Positions 24,995 through 37,075 of a stretch of DNA of 64,000 nucleotides are shown one piece after another. Under the pieces are notes generated by a model, which worked only from the letters and a program-made list of their open reading frames with translations, ran no database searches and was not told the origin of the DNA. Position numbers and translations under genes: made by a program. The stretch spans positions 29,328,001-29,392,000 of the forward strand of contig OZ249436.1 of the NCBI GenBank assembly GCA_965235115.1, written 5' to 3'. Position 1 is the first letter of the stretch, and each line of letters begins with the position of its first letter. Source of the stretch: Laetmonice hystrix. Lineage: Eukaryota.

Positions 24995-25124
24995 TGTAGA
25001 CCCGTGTCCGGGAGCCAGGTAATGATTTGGTATAGTGTAGACCCGTGTCCGGGAGCCAGGTAATGATTTGGTATAGTGTAGACCCTTGTCCGGGAGCCAG
25101 GTGATGATTTGGTACAGTGTAGAC
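24963..25124. repeat. 41-bp tandem repeat, ~4 copies
   Basis: Unit gtgtccgggagccaggt(g/a)a(c/t)gatttggtatagtgtagaccc; the first copy overlaps the exon's last codons and stop. Confidence 0.9.
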
Positions 25125-26238
25125 CACTTATGGCGGCAACAGGCAGAGGTGACAAGTCGCGTTATGTTTAAAATTTTGATTGCATATCGGACGGGCATAA
25201 TGATTGTTTTTAAAAGAATTGATTGACTACAAAAGTTTTTAATCAGTCTTTGATGGTCTTTATTTTCTTATATCTGTTATCGCTGGAAGAGGACATAAAA
25301 CATCCCGGAACACCTCGATCATATTCCACTGTCAGTGGATTCCTGTTAGTAGTTGACAAAATGAGATGTTGTGTCCAATGGACTGAAAATACAACGTACC
25401 AGGGGGGATGGAACAAAAAGATAGTGTGATGGAGATTACCCCTCCCCTACAATCTGAAGATTGGGTGGAGTAAAGTCCTTTCAGTCGGCCGGACGACCTC
25501 TGTCAGATGCTATCTCTCAAACATCATGAAGGACCTCAGTCAGAACAGTTGTAACCATCAAGTAGAGAACTTATAGCAGGTACAAGTGGTCACAGTATTG
25601 GCCTCGTTTTACTTTCTACGACTTTCTTTGATCTACCTTTAATGGAAACACATTTTATGAATACCCCGGTACATCATGAAATGACCTACGCCAAACATAA
25701 CCAAATGTGATATGGTCCAGGGATAGTGATCGTATTTTATGTTCTGGTCTTTCTTGAAGTAGGAATACATGTACAGCGTTGATCTTTTTGAATCCATGGT
25801 TCATATTCTTTGAGTACAGAGAAAATACTGTTTTAAGGCCGTAGTTTGATGACCTACCTCACAGGTTTTAAGTCAAGTATCTCAATAAAACATGTTGTCC
25901 AGCCTACTGATTTATAAACAACTTCATGACAACAACTTTATGTATATATAATTTCAGAAGTAATCCTAAGCTGCTAGGTACTGTGTTGTTAATGGAATAA
26001 ATCAATGAAAATTAGCTTGTTGTTTTTAGTTTCATTTTAGTGGCACCCTGAGACAATATCTGAACTTGTCATCATTTAAAACATATGGAATTTTAGTAGG
26101 TATTTTTTTAGTTAGCTTCTTTATACTTTTGAATTCATGCACCCGTTGTGAGTTAGCAAGTCTCTGATCCCAATCCCCAAGCATGAAATTCTTCTTGAAG
26201 CAACTGCCAAGTAACGCATACCGCCGTTGACTTTCCAG

Positions 26239-26910
26239 TTCCAGATGGTGTCCCCAGGCAGGCCCAAACCAAAGTATCCCAACATAAACCTGAACTCTGC
26301 AACGATTCGCGAGACCCTCACTCGACATCTAGTTCTTCCGGCCGTAGAGAGACATGCTCGCATCATCCCCTTCCGACTCGTGTGGCGTGGGTTTGAACAA
26401 GAACTGGCCGATGTCTGGGGCAACATCGTAGCTCTCCGCGAGCGAGTTGATGCCATGGTTAGGCAGGTGGAAGGTATCTCGTTCTTTGTGTCGTCGGTAA
26501 CGGGCACAGTGTCCATTCATGTTCGTAAAGAGGATCACCCGACCGACATCTTCCCAGCGCTCGCCTACTGGGTGGTCGGGGAGGGTGCGCGGTTCAATGA
26601 GTCGGTGTTGATGACGAGCATGATGAACAATGGTCTTGGAGCAACCTTTCGACAGATGGCGCAGCGCAAGACCAAAGTCGGTACAGAAAGTACCGGAGAG
26701 AGAGGGGCTGCCACCCTCTTCATGGTGGTCAAGGACCACGGAGAAGGGTTCGTACGAGGAAAGGTGGACGCCTCTCTCGGCCCCGACGGTCAAGGCCTCC
26801 ATCCAATTGTCAAGTTTATTGTGCACGAAGGAGGTTACATGCCGAACTTACAGTTGGCGCAAGCAAAGCTCAAAATGTCCAACTTCCATGCTGTCATTGA
26901 GAAATATTGA
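26239..26910 (+). CDS. Alternative terminal exon, uncharacterised domain (copy 3)
   Basis: Acceptor ttgactttccag|TTC (second in-phase AG gives a start at 26245); KYP, FRLVWR, FFVSSVTGT, FPALAYWV, FMVVKDHG, HPIVKF. Confidence 0.85.
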   Translation, partial: FQMVSPGRPKPKYPNINLNSATIRETLTRHLVLPAVERHARIIPFRLVWRGFEQELADVWGNIVALRERVDAMVRQVEGISFFVSSVTGTVSIHVRKEDHPTDIFPALAYWVVGEGARFNESVLMTSMMNNGLGATFRQMAQRKTKVGTESTGERGAATLFMVVKDHGEGFVRGKVDASLGPDGQGLHPIVKFIVHEGGYMPNLQLAQAKLKMSNFHAVIEKY

Positions 26911-29900
26911 TGGAGACGAGAAGAGGAGAAGAGGGTCAAGTGTTGAACTTTCCACAAAAACGTTCTGCTGATAGAAAATAGGGCTTAATGTGTATGAACC
27001 ATCTACTGAGGATTCAAACTTGTACCTTAGTAAAAAATTTCATAGGCATCTAAATTATTTCTTATTTATATGCACCTAGTTTCCTTTCACTTCTTTCTGT
27101 GTACGAAGCTTCAGCAGATGACGAAAGTTGAGGGTGATCTTGGCCAGCCATACTCATCCAACCCTTGTTCCAACTTGTTTTACTGCTGGTATTCTGGGAT
27201 GATTTGAGGTGTTTTAGAGATACTAAAACCGTAATAAGCAACGATGCCCTTTTTTGAAAGGCTCTTAATGTAACATTTTACATGAGAGTGGATTTAATAG
27301 AGATTATGCAGTTCCCACCAAAAAGATCATGTAGGCCTACCATTATGATTATGGTAAGGTACGGGTGATTTAGTATTTATTCTGTTCAGTGTTTATAAGG
27401 CTAGTCTGATCATACCATGTGATATCCATTCGTCTGCTAAGGTCTGGCGTGACAATGATATTATGTAGTATTAAGTATAGAAATCTTATTACTGATACTT
27501 GGCGGTTTTTCCAAGAAAGTGGAAATGGCTATATTTCCTTGTTTAGCAGTGTGAGTACATTCTACAGGATATATTTACCATTGGTCACTGAAAGTTTTAT
27601 TTTAGGAGCACCAAGTACTTTTTGAAGTCGATTGTATAATATATTATTGCTGATGATATCCATTTTCAAATGCCAAAGCTGCTGTTTTAGGTCTATTGGG
27701 GTTTTAGTGAAAGGTGAATTTTCTTATTAATGTTCAGCTAGTTCAGCTAGTTACTTGTGAGTTGCTTCAAGAAGGATATATTATGCTGTGTAATTGGGAA
27801 AACAAAGCTAGCAAAGACTCTTTCATAATTCGAAGATTGATTTTTTAGAAAGACACAACTGAATTTTTTTTAATTGTGCTTCGGGTTGTCCTGTGTGTTG
27901 AGTTTTGTTCGTAATCTCAGTACCGAATCAAAGATGTAAGCTTGTGCACCTTCTTGGTCCTTTTTGTTGTTTATTATTCTGCTATATTTTTATAGGTAGG
28001 ATCATTGACGGTTTCTGAAATGGCCTAGCTAACCAAGAAGTATCTGGCTTTTTATTTTTTATTTTTTTATTAACCATATTTAACCAGGATTACCCATTAG
28101 ATGTGTGATTGAATGAAGTCCAAACTTCAGTATATTAAACGAACTTGTGAGTTTTGAAGGGAGATCCTGTAGAGTTGGAATGTTTGACGTCACAATGAAC
28201 GTTGAGAGAAGGATGACGTGCTTTATCTGGAGACAGTATCTGGTAACAAAAGCTGGTGCAAAATGTGATTTATTTTTAAATCTGTTGTGCTGATGCCAGA
28301 CCTGTTGAAATGGTTCCACTTGAACGAATTCTGGACATATCAGAATCTATGTACATTTTCACTCCGGTAAATTATTTTAACTAGCAAGAACCCGTTCGCA
28401 CGGGACCGAAGGGGGCTAAAAGGGGTCGACCATAAAGTACATACACACAAAATCATGGAAAAATGAATCCCTGTCCCAGTCCCTTGCGTACGATCTTAAT
28501 GGACGGCCCCTAACTGAGGCTAAGTGGTATGGTGAGAGCTGCTCCACTCGATTATCGCGGTCTCGAGAGAAATGTTACACAACTTTCCCCTCGGAGAGGT
28601 TCAGAGTCTCTTGGACTACAGCACAGATCAACGGGCTCACCAAGTGGGCGGCCGGGTGCGGGGGTCGAGTCCGTGGCACAGGCTTGACATGAATTATGTT
28701 GAAATGTATGATTGTCGCAATTGCCGTAAACGGGGTCAGTTGTTGGCTGTAGACCTGACCTCTGCTGCTGCCCTCTACCGCTGCACCAGAGATGGTGCGG
28801 CCAGACTGCCACCAGAGGGCGCAGGTCTCCAGCCAAGGCCAGTTGTCGTAGCCGATCAACAACAACAACAATGGCAGACAGTTCGGGCGGTTGTAGTGAA
28901 ATAAATATGCCTGGCGTACTTTCACGTTGATGCTTCGAAAGGGAAAAGCGGTAGAGCGATGACAACGCAGCCCCCTTACGGTATTAGTATATAGATTATT
29001 TCTGTTTTTATCATACCGCACGTAAACGTGCAGTTTCTTATACGGAGGTCTCACACATCGTACTTTACGGTCTGGCCCATTCATAGCCTCACCGTGACAA
29101 GACTCGTCAGAATGATCGGGTTACACAAAGTATGGTGTGTCTACCAGCATGCATTTGGTTGCAGTACATTGCGCTGTCGTAAAATGAGTCCCCTGGAGAT
29201 TTTAAAAGTTCAACCTTATGTAAGGAGCTTAATATTGTGCACCTTCGTAGGCCTACTTGTTACAGAAGAGAAACGTAGTCGATGGTGTAGTTGTACCGCA
29301 ATTCAGATAAAATATGTGAGGCTAATGCAGGCGAATTTATGTTGTTGACAAACTACGAATGTTGTTGACAAACTACGAAGTGTAAAAGAGCGACACATTC
29401 CGTTAAGTTTATACTTGGTCTGTTGAATGAGTGACCCACGTTCAGGAACAGTTGAACATGCGTACTCGCCCATAGAGGGCGCAGTGGTTGGCAGCCTAGC
29501 AACATCTGCCGTGTAGAATCAGACTGAGGCGTGCTCATTTTTCGTGTTCATGTTTTCACATTGATTTTTCTCAGTTTTGACGCACAAGCTCGTTATTTTG
29601 GAACAACGTCAATAAGGGTGTGATGCTTAGTATGATGTAAGCGGTTTTGCGAAATAAAGAAAGTATTTTGCTCTATGGCGGTTTTGTTGACTTTATTTAG
29701 CATCATCGTGTGCGAGAAGATGAATAATGCAATGCTCCCACATGGGGCTCAGGCCAGAAAAAGATTATAGTCGAGGTTTGGCGGGAAAAGACCAACTCTG
29801 ATGCCCGGATTGAAGGGTATAGGAAGGAAAAAGGAAGGAAACGCAATTATACCTTACTTAGATTGAAGTCGAGTAGGAAAGTTGTGGAGGGGGGGGGGGG

Positions 29901-29982
29901 GGGGGGCACGACTCAGTGTAGGACATTCGGTGAAACGTAACTTCTAGTAGTATGATTAAGCTTGCTTCCCTTGCCTTTGCAG

Positions 29983-30639
29983 AAGCTTGCAAGCGGAGCC
30001 AAATACCCATGCCTGGCACTGTCCTCGTCAAGTATTAAGAGCACTCTCACTGACACGCTGGTCAACCCACTGATGGCGGCCCAAGGAAAGGTGTGTGCCT
30101 TTCGTCTCCTGTGGCGAAACCATCACGAGTTGACATGGCAACAGATTGTGCATTATCGGCTGCAGATGGACGCGGCCATCAGCGACATACCAGGTGTCAT
30201 CTTCTTTGTTTCCACCATTACCGGCACCGTGATCCGACCTCGCACATCTGGGGTGGCCGCCAGCCAAGTGATGGAAACTTACCCAGCGCTCGGCTACTGG
30301 GTGCTCGGACACGGCCAACTCTTCAGTCTCCAGGACCTGTTCCTGAGAATGCAGGCCAACGGTCTGGGGGCCACCTTGAAACAGATCCACCACAAGGGGC
30401 AGAAAGGGCCGCAGGACGAGCTGAGCATGGCGCTGTACATGGTGGTGAAGGACCACGGGTCTGGGTTTATCAGGAGGAAGGTGGACGGTAGTGCCGCCCA
30501 GTGTCTCGGGGTCACAGAACCCAGACATCACCCAATTGTTAAGTTCTGTGTCAAAGACGACGAGCTTCTCTCTCTAGTCGAGGCGGCTCGGACACGACTT
30601 GCCGGAGTGCGGTTCGAAGCTATCGTCGAATTGGTCTAG
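29983..30639 (+). CDS. Alternative terminal exon, uncharacterised domain (copy 4)
   Basis: Acceptor cttcccttgcctttgcag|AAG, phase 0; KYP, FRLLWR, FFVSTITGT, YPALGYWV, YMVVKDHG, HPIVKF. Confidence 0.85.
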   Translation, partial: KLASGAKYPCLALSSSSIKSTLTDTLVNPLMAAQGKVCAFRLLWRNHHELTWQQIVHYRLQMDAAISDIPGVIFFVSTITGTVIRPRTSGVAASQVMETYPALGYWVLGHGQLFSLQDLFLRMQANGLGATLKQIHHKGQKGPQDELSMALYMVVKDHGSGFIRRKVDGSAAQCLGVTEPRHHPIVKFCVKDDELLSLVEAARTRLAGVRFEAIVELV

Positions 30640-31465
30640 GCTTTTAAGCATGGAAAAGAGATAGTTATCGATGAGAGCCCATGTTCTCTTTGTGAATCGT
30701 TTCAAGAAAGCCCAAAAAGGCTAAAGTCTTTAGAAAAGATGATTTTGTTTTAAACGTTTATGTCTAACACATTTTTGGAAGGAAGTTCCTTTATTACAAA
30801 GTAGTGTTCAATTTCTGTAATGTTGATTTAGATACATTTAACGATTGTATATGCTATGTGTTTAATCTAAACGTATTTTTGGACATTCAGAGTTAAAGTT
30901 TCCGTTCCGGATGGTCATGACGCTCGAAGTCAAGCTTATAAATGAAAATAATCACCATTTTACATTGAGACGGTCTCTCTGGCCATCTCTCTTTCCGTCC
31001 GTCATTTCAGTTATATTTATTTAAACTGACCTTGACCGATTTAACAATATGGTGTACATAGGCCTACATGTGAATACGTGGATATGTCTTCGCCCTTTGT
31101 TGTTATTGAAGGTAATGATGGGGCATGTCAGATCTATTTTCTGACAATATTTTATTGATATTGTATGTACGAGTGCCGAAGAACACTAACATTATACTGC
31201 CACATTTACGAATCCTGTATACAACACCACCGTAAGCAACCTTTGTAGGTAGGTTGGAAGTCGGTAAAAGATCCACAGTGAGTAAAAAGACTCTTCCTAA
31301 AAAGAGACCTGTTTTCAGAATGTTATTCTATAAGAATGCCATAACCTTGAATTACAGGTGTATTATGGCACCAGCAAGAGAATAGGAATAATCAGCATAA
31401 AGTTATCCTACTCCCCAAACTTTGGCCAGTTTAGTACAACTCGGCATGAAAGAGTTATTAGCACT

Positions 31466-31720
31466 GGCGGATCCAGGATTTCACTAAAGGGGGGGGGGGG
31501 GGGCACAGAAAAGCGATTCATGATTGTTTGCATTACTAATTAAAGCTCATGCTCTTGAATGAGAGTTTTAGAGGTACAGACCTACATAGGAATAGCTCGG
31601 GGTTTCCCAGAGATACACCGTCAGTGTTAAAATTAATTCAAAATGAGTAGGCTAGCCTAATTAGGGAAGCTATAGGGGGGGGGGCACGTGCCCCCTGTGC
31701 CCCCCCCCTCTGGATCCGCC
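31466..31720. mobile_element. Short MITE-like element
   Basis: TIR ggcggatccag / ctggatccgcc with internal poly-G/poly-C tracts. Confidence 0.5.
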
Positions 31721-32142
31721 TTTGATTACGTCAAAGAGTAAGAGGTTATTACGCGTGACGTCACTGACACGTAACGACTGGGACCGTCTTTTGTAAACCT
31801 AGCAGTATCTATTTACATGTTCTAATAAATGTCTCATAATTACACACGTCCATGGGTTATTTTCTATTATGACTTGCTTACGCAGACTGCAGGTGACATC
31901 CTCCTAAGAAAAAAAAGGAAAACGTTTCTTGCTTTCCACATGTATAAGAAACCTTTGTTCCCTCAAGATAGGCCTATGTGATTACAGAAGGGGGTAACTA
32001 TATCTGGGCCGGATTTACTTTTTTGTATGGAATTGGAAAGGGCCTGGTGGTAAGTTTTGCTCAGAGGTCTGTTTTGGCTCTCGGCTGACCTGCAGACTGT
32101 GCTCGACATGTCATATTGACGACTGCCCGGTTAACCTTTCAG

Positions 32143-32835
32143 ATTTATGGAGCAGGGGAGAGAGATGATGGCCCTCACCCCTGCAACCGCTATCCTCGCT
32201 TCAAATTGACCAGCATGTCTTTGAAAAACAAGCTCCGTCAGGGTCTAGTCCAGCCACTCATGCGCATGGGCAGCCGCTTCGTCGCCCTCCGAGTTGTATG
32301 GAGGAAATCCGAACAGGAGATGGAAGATGTATGGAAGAACATCGTCAGTTACCGTCAGACGGCAGATGACGTCATCAAGAACCAAACAGACATCCAGTTG
32401 GCGGTGTCGGCGATCACTGGCATGATAACCTGTCACAGCCGGAGACCAGGCCGTCCAATCAGCATATATCCTGCCGTTACCTACTGGCTGGCTTACACGT
32501 CAGAAACGTTCGACCTTGGAGCAATCACTGGTATCCTAAACCAGAAGTTTGGGTGTGTGGTGAAAGTGTTTTACATGTCAAACACGGAAACGGGAGAAGT
32601 GGTCTTGAAGAACGCGTCCTCCGCGCTGTTTGCCGTGATGAAAGATATCGGCGGCGATTACGTCTCGAGGAGAATCGCGGAAAGCGTGAACTATGACAGT
32701 GTCTCTAGTGGAAAACCAGTGACACACCATCCTGTTGTGATATGGTTTTCTCGAGTCACAGAAATGATAGAAATATGTAGGAGAACCAGGGACGAGATGA
32801 ACCTAGGCACCGAACTACCCGTTGTTAAACTATGA
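32143..32835 (+). CDS. Alternative terminal exon, uncharacterised domain (copy 5)
   Basis: Acceptor ttaacctttcag|ATT, phase 0; RYP, LRVVWR, LAVSAITG, YPAVTYWL, FAVMKDIG, HPVVIW. Confidence 0.85.
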   Translation: MYGAGERDDGPHPCNRYPRFKLTSMSLKNKLRQGLVQPLMRMGSRFVALRVVWRKSEQEMEDVWKNIVSYRQTADDVIKNQTDIQLAVSAITGMITCHSRRPGRPISIYPAVTYWLAYTSETFDLGAITGILNQKFGCVVKVFYMSNTETGEVVLKNASSALFAVMKDIGGDYVSRRIAESVNYDSVSSGKPVTHHPVVIWFSRVTEMIEICRRTRDEMNLGTELPVVKL

Positions 32836-33558
32836 TTTTGATCAGGATTAGTCTCTATTGGTCTCACATAAAAACCAAAGACCGCTCTATAAAGGATATG
32901 CATGCGTAGGAAGATGGTGGGAATATTTTGGCTTCTTTTTCAAAGCGAGGCGTCATTTTGTGTGCGTGTTCAATAGGGAGGAATACAAAATGCGTCATTA
33001 CTGACAGAATACATGATTAGAGATATAAGGCCTACTTTGATGCTAACTTGAGATTTATCCAAAGTCCAAAGAGATATCAAGAAGAGAGATGACATACTTT
33101 TGTATCGTATAGGTATCCATGAGGGTGGGCATTGCAAAGGATTACAGTGACGAGTTTCGTAGTTCCCTTGCCCAGTCCATTCCTCTGAAGTCATCTTCTG
33201 AAAGGATACATAAAGAGGCTCGAATCGTTCATTAATTCGTGGTTTAGCATGATAACGAAATTGGAAACGATATAACGCTTAACAAAAGTTTCTAGGCCTA
33301 CCCAGAAAACCCTGACTCAAAATGTGATTGACTTTAACAGGCATAATGGCAAGTAAACCGTTTGTTGGAAAAGACTGACGTCACTTCCTGAAGTCGTGTT
33401 TCAAATGCTGTACACATTTCACCAAGGCTTGCACGTTGCATGCAGCCTGGATTCAGTTCGTCGCCCAATTCAGCCAATAACTGTACATTTGTTTACATCG
33501 TGTGTCTACTCCACGGAGACGGGTGATTTGATTGCGTGGTTTTGATTCTCCGTTTCAG

Positions 33559-34218
33559 ATGACTTATTGGTCGCCGACGAAGGGCCGTCGACCTCAGTGG
33601 CGCATGTGCTCCCAGCAGGTGAAGGCGACCCTGTCGATGCTGCTGGTCCGACCGGTCATGCAGGCCGGTCGCAAGGTGTGCGCCTTCCGCCTCGTGTGGC
33701 GGACCGCCGACCCACACGAACTCGACTCGGTGTGGACACGCATAATCGAACACCGTCTCAATACGGACGCTGCCCTCACAGAGGTGCCGGGGATAGAATT
33801 TGTTGTGTCAGCCATCAGTGGCACCATTTCCAATCACCGCGGTCGACCCGGCCATCCAGTGGACAGTTTCCCAGCGGTGGCCTACTGGGTGGTTGGATAC
33901 CCGGATTTCCAACCGCAGATCCTATACGATCGTATCAATGAGTGTGGTACCGGCGCGAACCTTAAAATACTCCTGCACCAGTCGGAAATCTCCGCGTCTG
34001 AAAAAGAGATCTCGGCCAATATATTCCTTGTTATGAAAGATTATATTGAAGGAGGCTTTGTGCGGAAAAGGGTGGACATGGCAGAAGAAGTAAAAGGGTG
34101 TGCACGCCACCCCATAGTCAAGTTCCTGACAAGGGACCATTCTTGTTTGGCAATGCTTTTGGCTGCACAGGACAAACTTGCTCAGCTCAAATGTTTAGTA
34201 TCGACAGAAACATTTTAG
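33559..34218 (+). CDS. Alternative terminal exon, uncharacterised domain (copy 6)
   Basis: Acceptor ttgattctccgtttcag|ATG, phase 0; FRLVWR, FVVSAISGT, FPAVAYWV, FLVMKDY, HPIVKF. Confidence 0.85.
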   Translation: MTYWSPTKGRRPQWRMCSQQVKATLSMLLVRPVMQAGRKVCAFRLVWRTADPHELDSVWTRIIEHRLNTDAALTEVPGIEFVVSAISGTISNHRGRPGHPVDSFPAVAYWVVGYPDFQPQILYDRINECGTGANLKILLHQSEISASEKEISANIFLVMKDYIEGGFVRKRVDMAEEVKGCARHPIVKFLTRDHSCLAMLLAAQDKLAQLKCLVSTETF

Positions 34219-35917
34219 ATTTTTAAAAAATCTTGCGGAGGGATATAATCATTTGAGTCAGAGTAGTTATTGTTAACAGTTCGTGGTTTATGCATTTATA
34301 ATGTGTGCGTTGACTTCATCGGGAATGTTTTGCCTCTGAGTTCATGGATACATAACTGCTCGACAGCGATGTTTTTCTTATAGTTGGTGAAGCAGTGGTA
34401 GGGTCGACCACAGGAGTCTGACACATTGGGCGGGCGGTAGCAATAGTAGTATTAATAGTATAACAACATAGCCGCCACCATGTGTCAGACTCCTGTGGGT
34501 CGACGTATACAGTGTACATAGTTTCTTAAGTTTGCTATGAATAGATCTGTTATTCGTCACGCCCATAGAAAGTGAAATGTATTGTTTCATGGTTTTTGTG
34601 TTGATATTGGACGATACTAATAGTATAGACTCTCATCTGGACAAGTAAGATCGATTTAATCCTATATTTGTTGCTTGTAATGTGCGGATAGGACGTTATA
34701 TACTTCATTTCGTTAAAGCTGAATGCAGCCGTCGTTATTTGTATTGGCAAATTAATAATAAAGGCTATTTTCGATAACAAATCAATAAAATTGAGTCCAT
34801 ATTTATAAAAAAAAAGGTAAACAGATAAAACAAATACAAGTATAACCTTTACATCTTTCCAAACTAGTTGACGTATATAAGTATATACTTTCTGAGCAAA
34901 CGAAACAAAACTTGACCTCAACCTTCATCTTGGTATAATTCAGATTTCAGATTAATCTTACCACCGATCTCGGTGGTATACGGGTGACACCTTATAGATT
35001 TTCCATTTGGGGTTTACGCTGTAGGAACAGCCAGCAGGGTAGCATTGACGCGGTCAGTTCGTGAAATAAACCAGAGTGTACACGCGACCTGGTAGCAAGT
35101 AACTGATAAACGTTCTCATATCGGGCAGGAACAGAATCGAACCCAGGTCTGAGAGGCCCTGTGATCACCAGGCTCATATCACTGAACTGTCGTCTGCCAC
35201 TGTAACCAATGTAAAAACTCCAGCTCATAATGGTTGTAACAAGGCGTAAATGTTTGACAAAAAAAAAGAGAGAAATACGATATTACCTGGATTACTAATA
35301 CCCCATACCTCAAGATGGTCACTCACATCGATCCTTAGCGTTTTCCGAACATTTCATGCATACTGGCAATATTATAATGGGCACTGACCATATAATGGCC
35401 AAATAATATATTTGAAACAAAACAAAACAACAACAACAACAAAGCAGAAAAGTATGGGAATACACATGAAAGACTTGGTAGCAATTTAGCATTTGAGCGA
35501 TGAGTAAAATCTCAATAGTAGTATGTGGAAATGGGAGCAAGGATCAGGGTCGATGTAGCTAATCTCAAAAGGTTCATCGGTTAGGACACCAACTGATCAA
35601 TTTCTGTTGACATGATTTTCTGTGTCAAACGTTTGGTTTGATATTAATAGGTAATTGACTAATCTTCTTGTATTTTTTTCGGAATCATATTTCTTTTCCA
35701 AAATTTAATATTAAATACAACATATATGCCTACTTAGTATGGGGTTTCAAACGGTAGTGGCATCTAACTTCTTATCTTCACAAGTCAAAGTGATATGTAT
35801 GTAAGGGGGTTATGACAGTGGGATTTTAATCAATTTTTCTAATAGTGGTTAGTAGTGGTTATTGTCCATCTAGATTGTTTAAGACTGTTTCTAATCTTTA
35901 CTTGTGTCTAGTTTCAG

Positions 35918-36598
35918 ACATCGAAGAGTCCAACCTTAAATCTCGGCTCTCGTCACATTCGCGGCTTACTTACGACTTGTCTTGTGAATCCGGTGATATC
36001 GTCTGGCCTCTGTGTGACGTCATTCCGGCTGGTGTGGCGCCACCACACGGAGAACGCATGGCTCCAGTTTGTGTCCAATCAGAAACGGCTGGACCGCTTC
36101 ATGATGGCCGTGCCCGGCGTGAGCTTCTTCGTGTCTGCTCTCTCGGGTACCTCAGTCAGACCCGCTGGCCGTGGCCAGGCAGCGGCCGTCGGCTACAAAA
36201 CCTTCCCAGCCGTCGCTTACTGGCTGGTCAGAAGAAGCGACGCGCCAGTATTGGACTCCCTGGCCGTTCAAATGCAGCTGAGAAATCTGTGCCCTGGTGT
36301 GGATTTTAAAGTACTGACAGGTACCAAAATGAGGTCGCCTTCAGGAAAAGCTTTGGCGGAATCCCTGTGTTTAGTGGTAAAGGATCATACGAAGTCTGGC
36401 GGCTATGTGAGACAGAAAGTAGATGAAAGTGTGGCGTATCTCGGACTAGGAGCTGATTATCCCACCGACTATCCGCTGGTTCGGTTCTACCTGGGTGATG
36501 AGCAGTACGCAGGGATGCTTAATAATGCCAAGGAACGGCTGGCGTATGCATCACTCCATGTTCCAGTTGAGAGATACAATATAAGTGATATGAACTAA
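35918..36598 (+). CDS. Alternative terminal exon, uncharacterised domain (copy 7)
   Basis: Acceptor cttgtgtctagtttcag|ACA, phase 0; FRLVWR, FFVSALSGT, FPAVAYWL, CLVVKDH, YPLVRF. Confidence 0.85.
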   Translation, partial: TSKSPTLNLGSRHIRGLLTTCLVNPVISSGLCVTSFRLVWRHHTENAWLQFVSNQKRLDRFMMAVPGVSFFVSALSGTSVRPAGRGQAAAVGYKTFPAVAYWLVRRSDAPVLDSLAVQMQLRNLCPGVDFKVLTGTKMRSPSGKALAESLCLVVKDHTKSGGYVRQKVDESVAYLGLGADYPTDYPLVRFYLGDEQYAGMLNNAKERLAYASLHVPVERYNISDMN

Positions 36599-37075
36599 GG
36601 GGACTTCCACAGATATAAGGCCTAATAATGTTGAACGTGCCCATCACTTGGACGAAGTGTAGCATTTTAATTAGTGAAACCTTGATCTATTTCATTTTAT
36701 TTAGACTTTCTAGCTGTCATGACCGTTGTCAGCCTTTGGCAGAAGTTAATGTTTTACTTACACACAGAATTAATAAAATAAAGTATTACGATTACGATAA
36801 CAGATTCTGTTTGTCCTTTGTTTCAGTAGTCACACTGACCTCAACATTTACAAAAGGCCAAAGAAAGGATTGCCGGGGTTATCTGTTCAAAGATCGAAAG
36901 AAATCGTGGTTGTTTTGGCTGAGTTATTGCTAAAAATGTGTTTACATCCAAGCTGGCCACCAATCAGTCATTTTGAATGCTATAAATAATCTTTCGTGCA
37001 TCATCCTCTAATCGTCCCTGATCAGCGGGTAAGAAATTGGCCCATACACTTCTGAGAAATCGCTGTCTACGGACT

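Noticed and set aside
19038..36309. Antisense and alternate-frame ORFs overlapping the novel-domain exons (e.g. 19038-19502, 22068-22469, 26329-26826, 30028-30531, 35845-36309)
   Set aside because: Shadow ORFs of GC-richer coding sequence; not conserved among the seven paralogs
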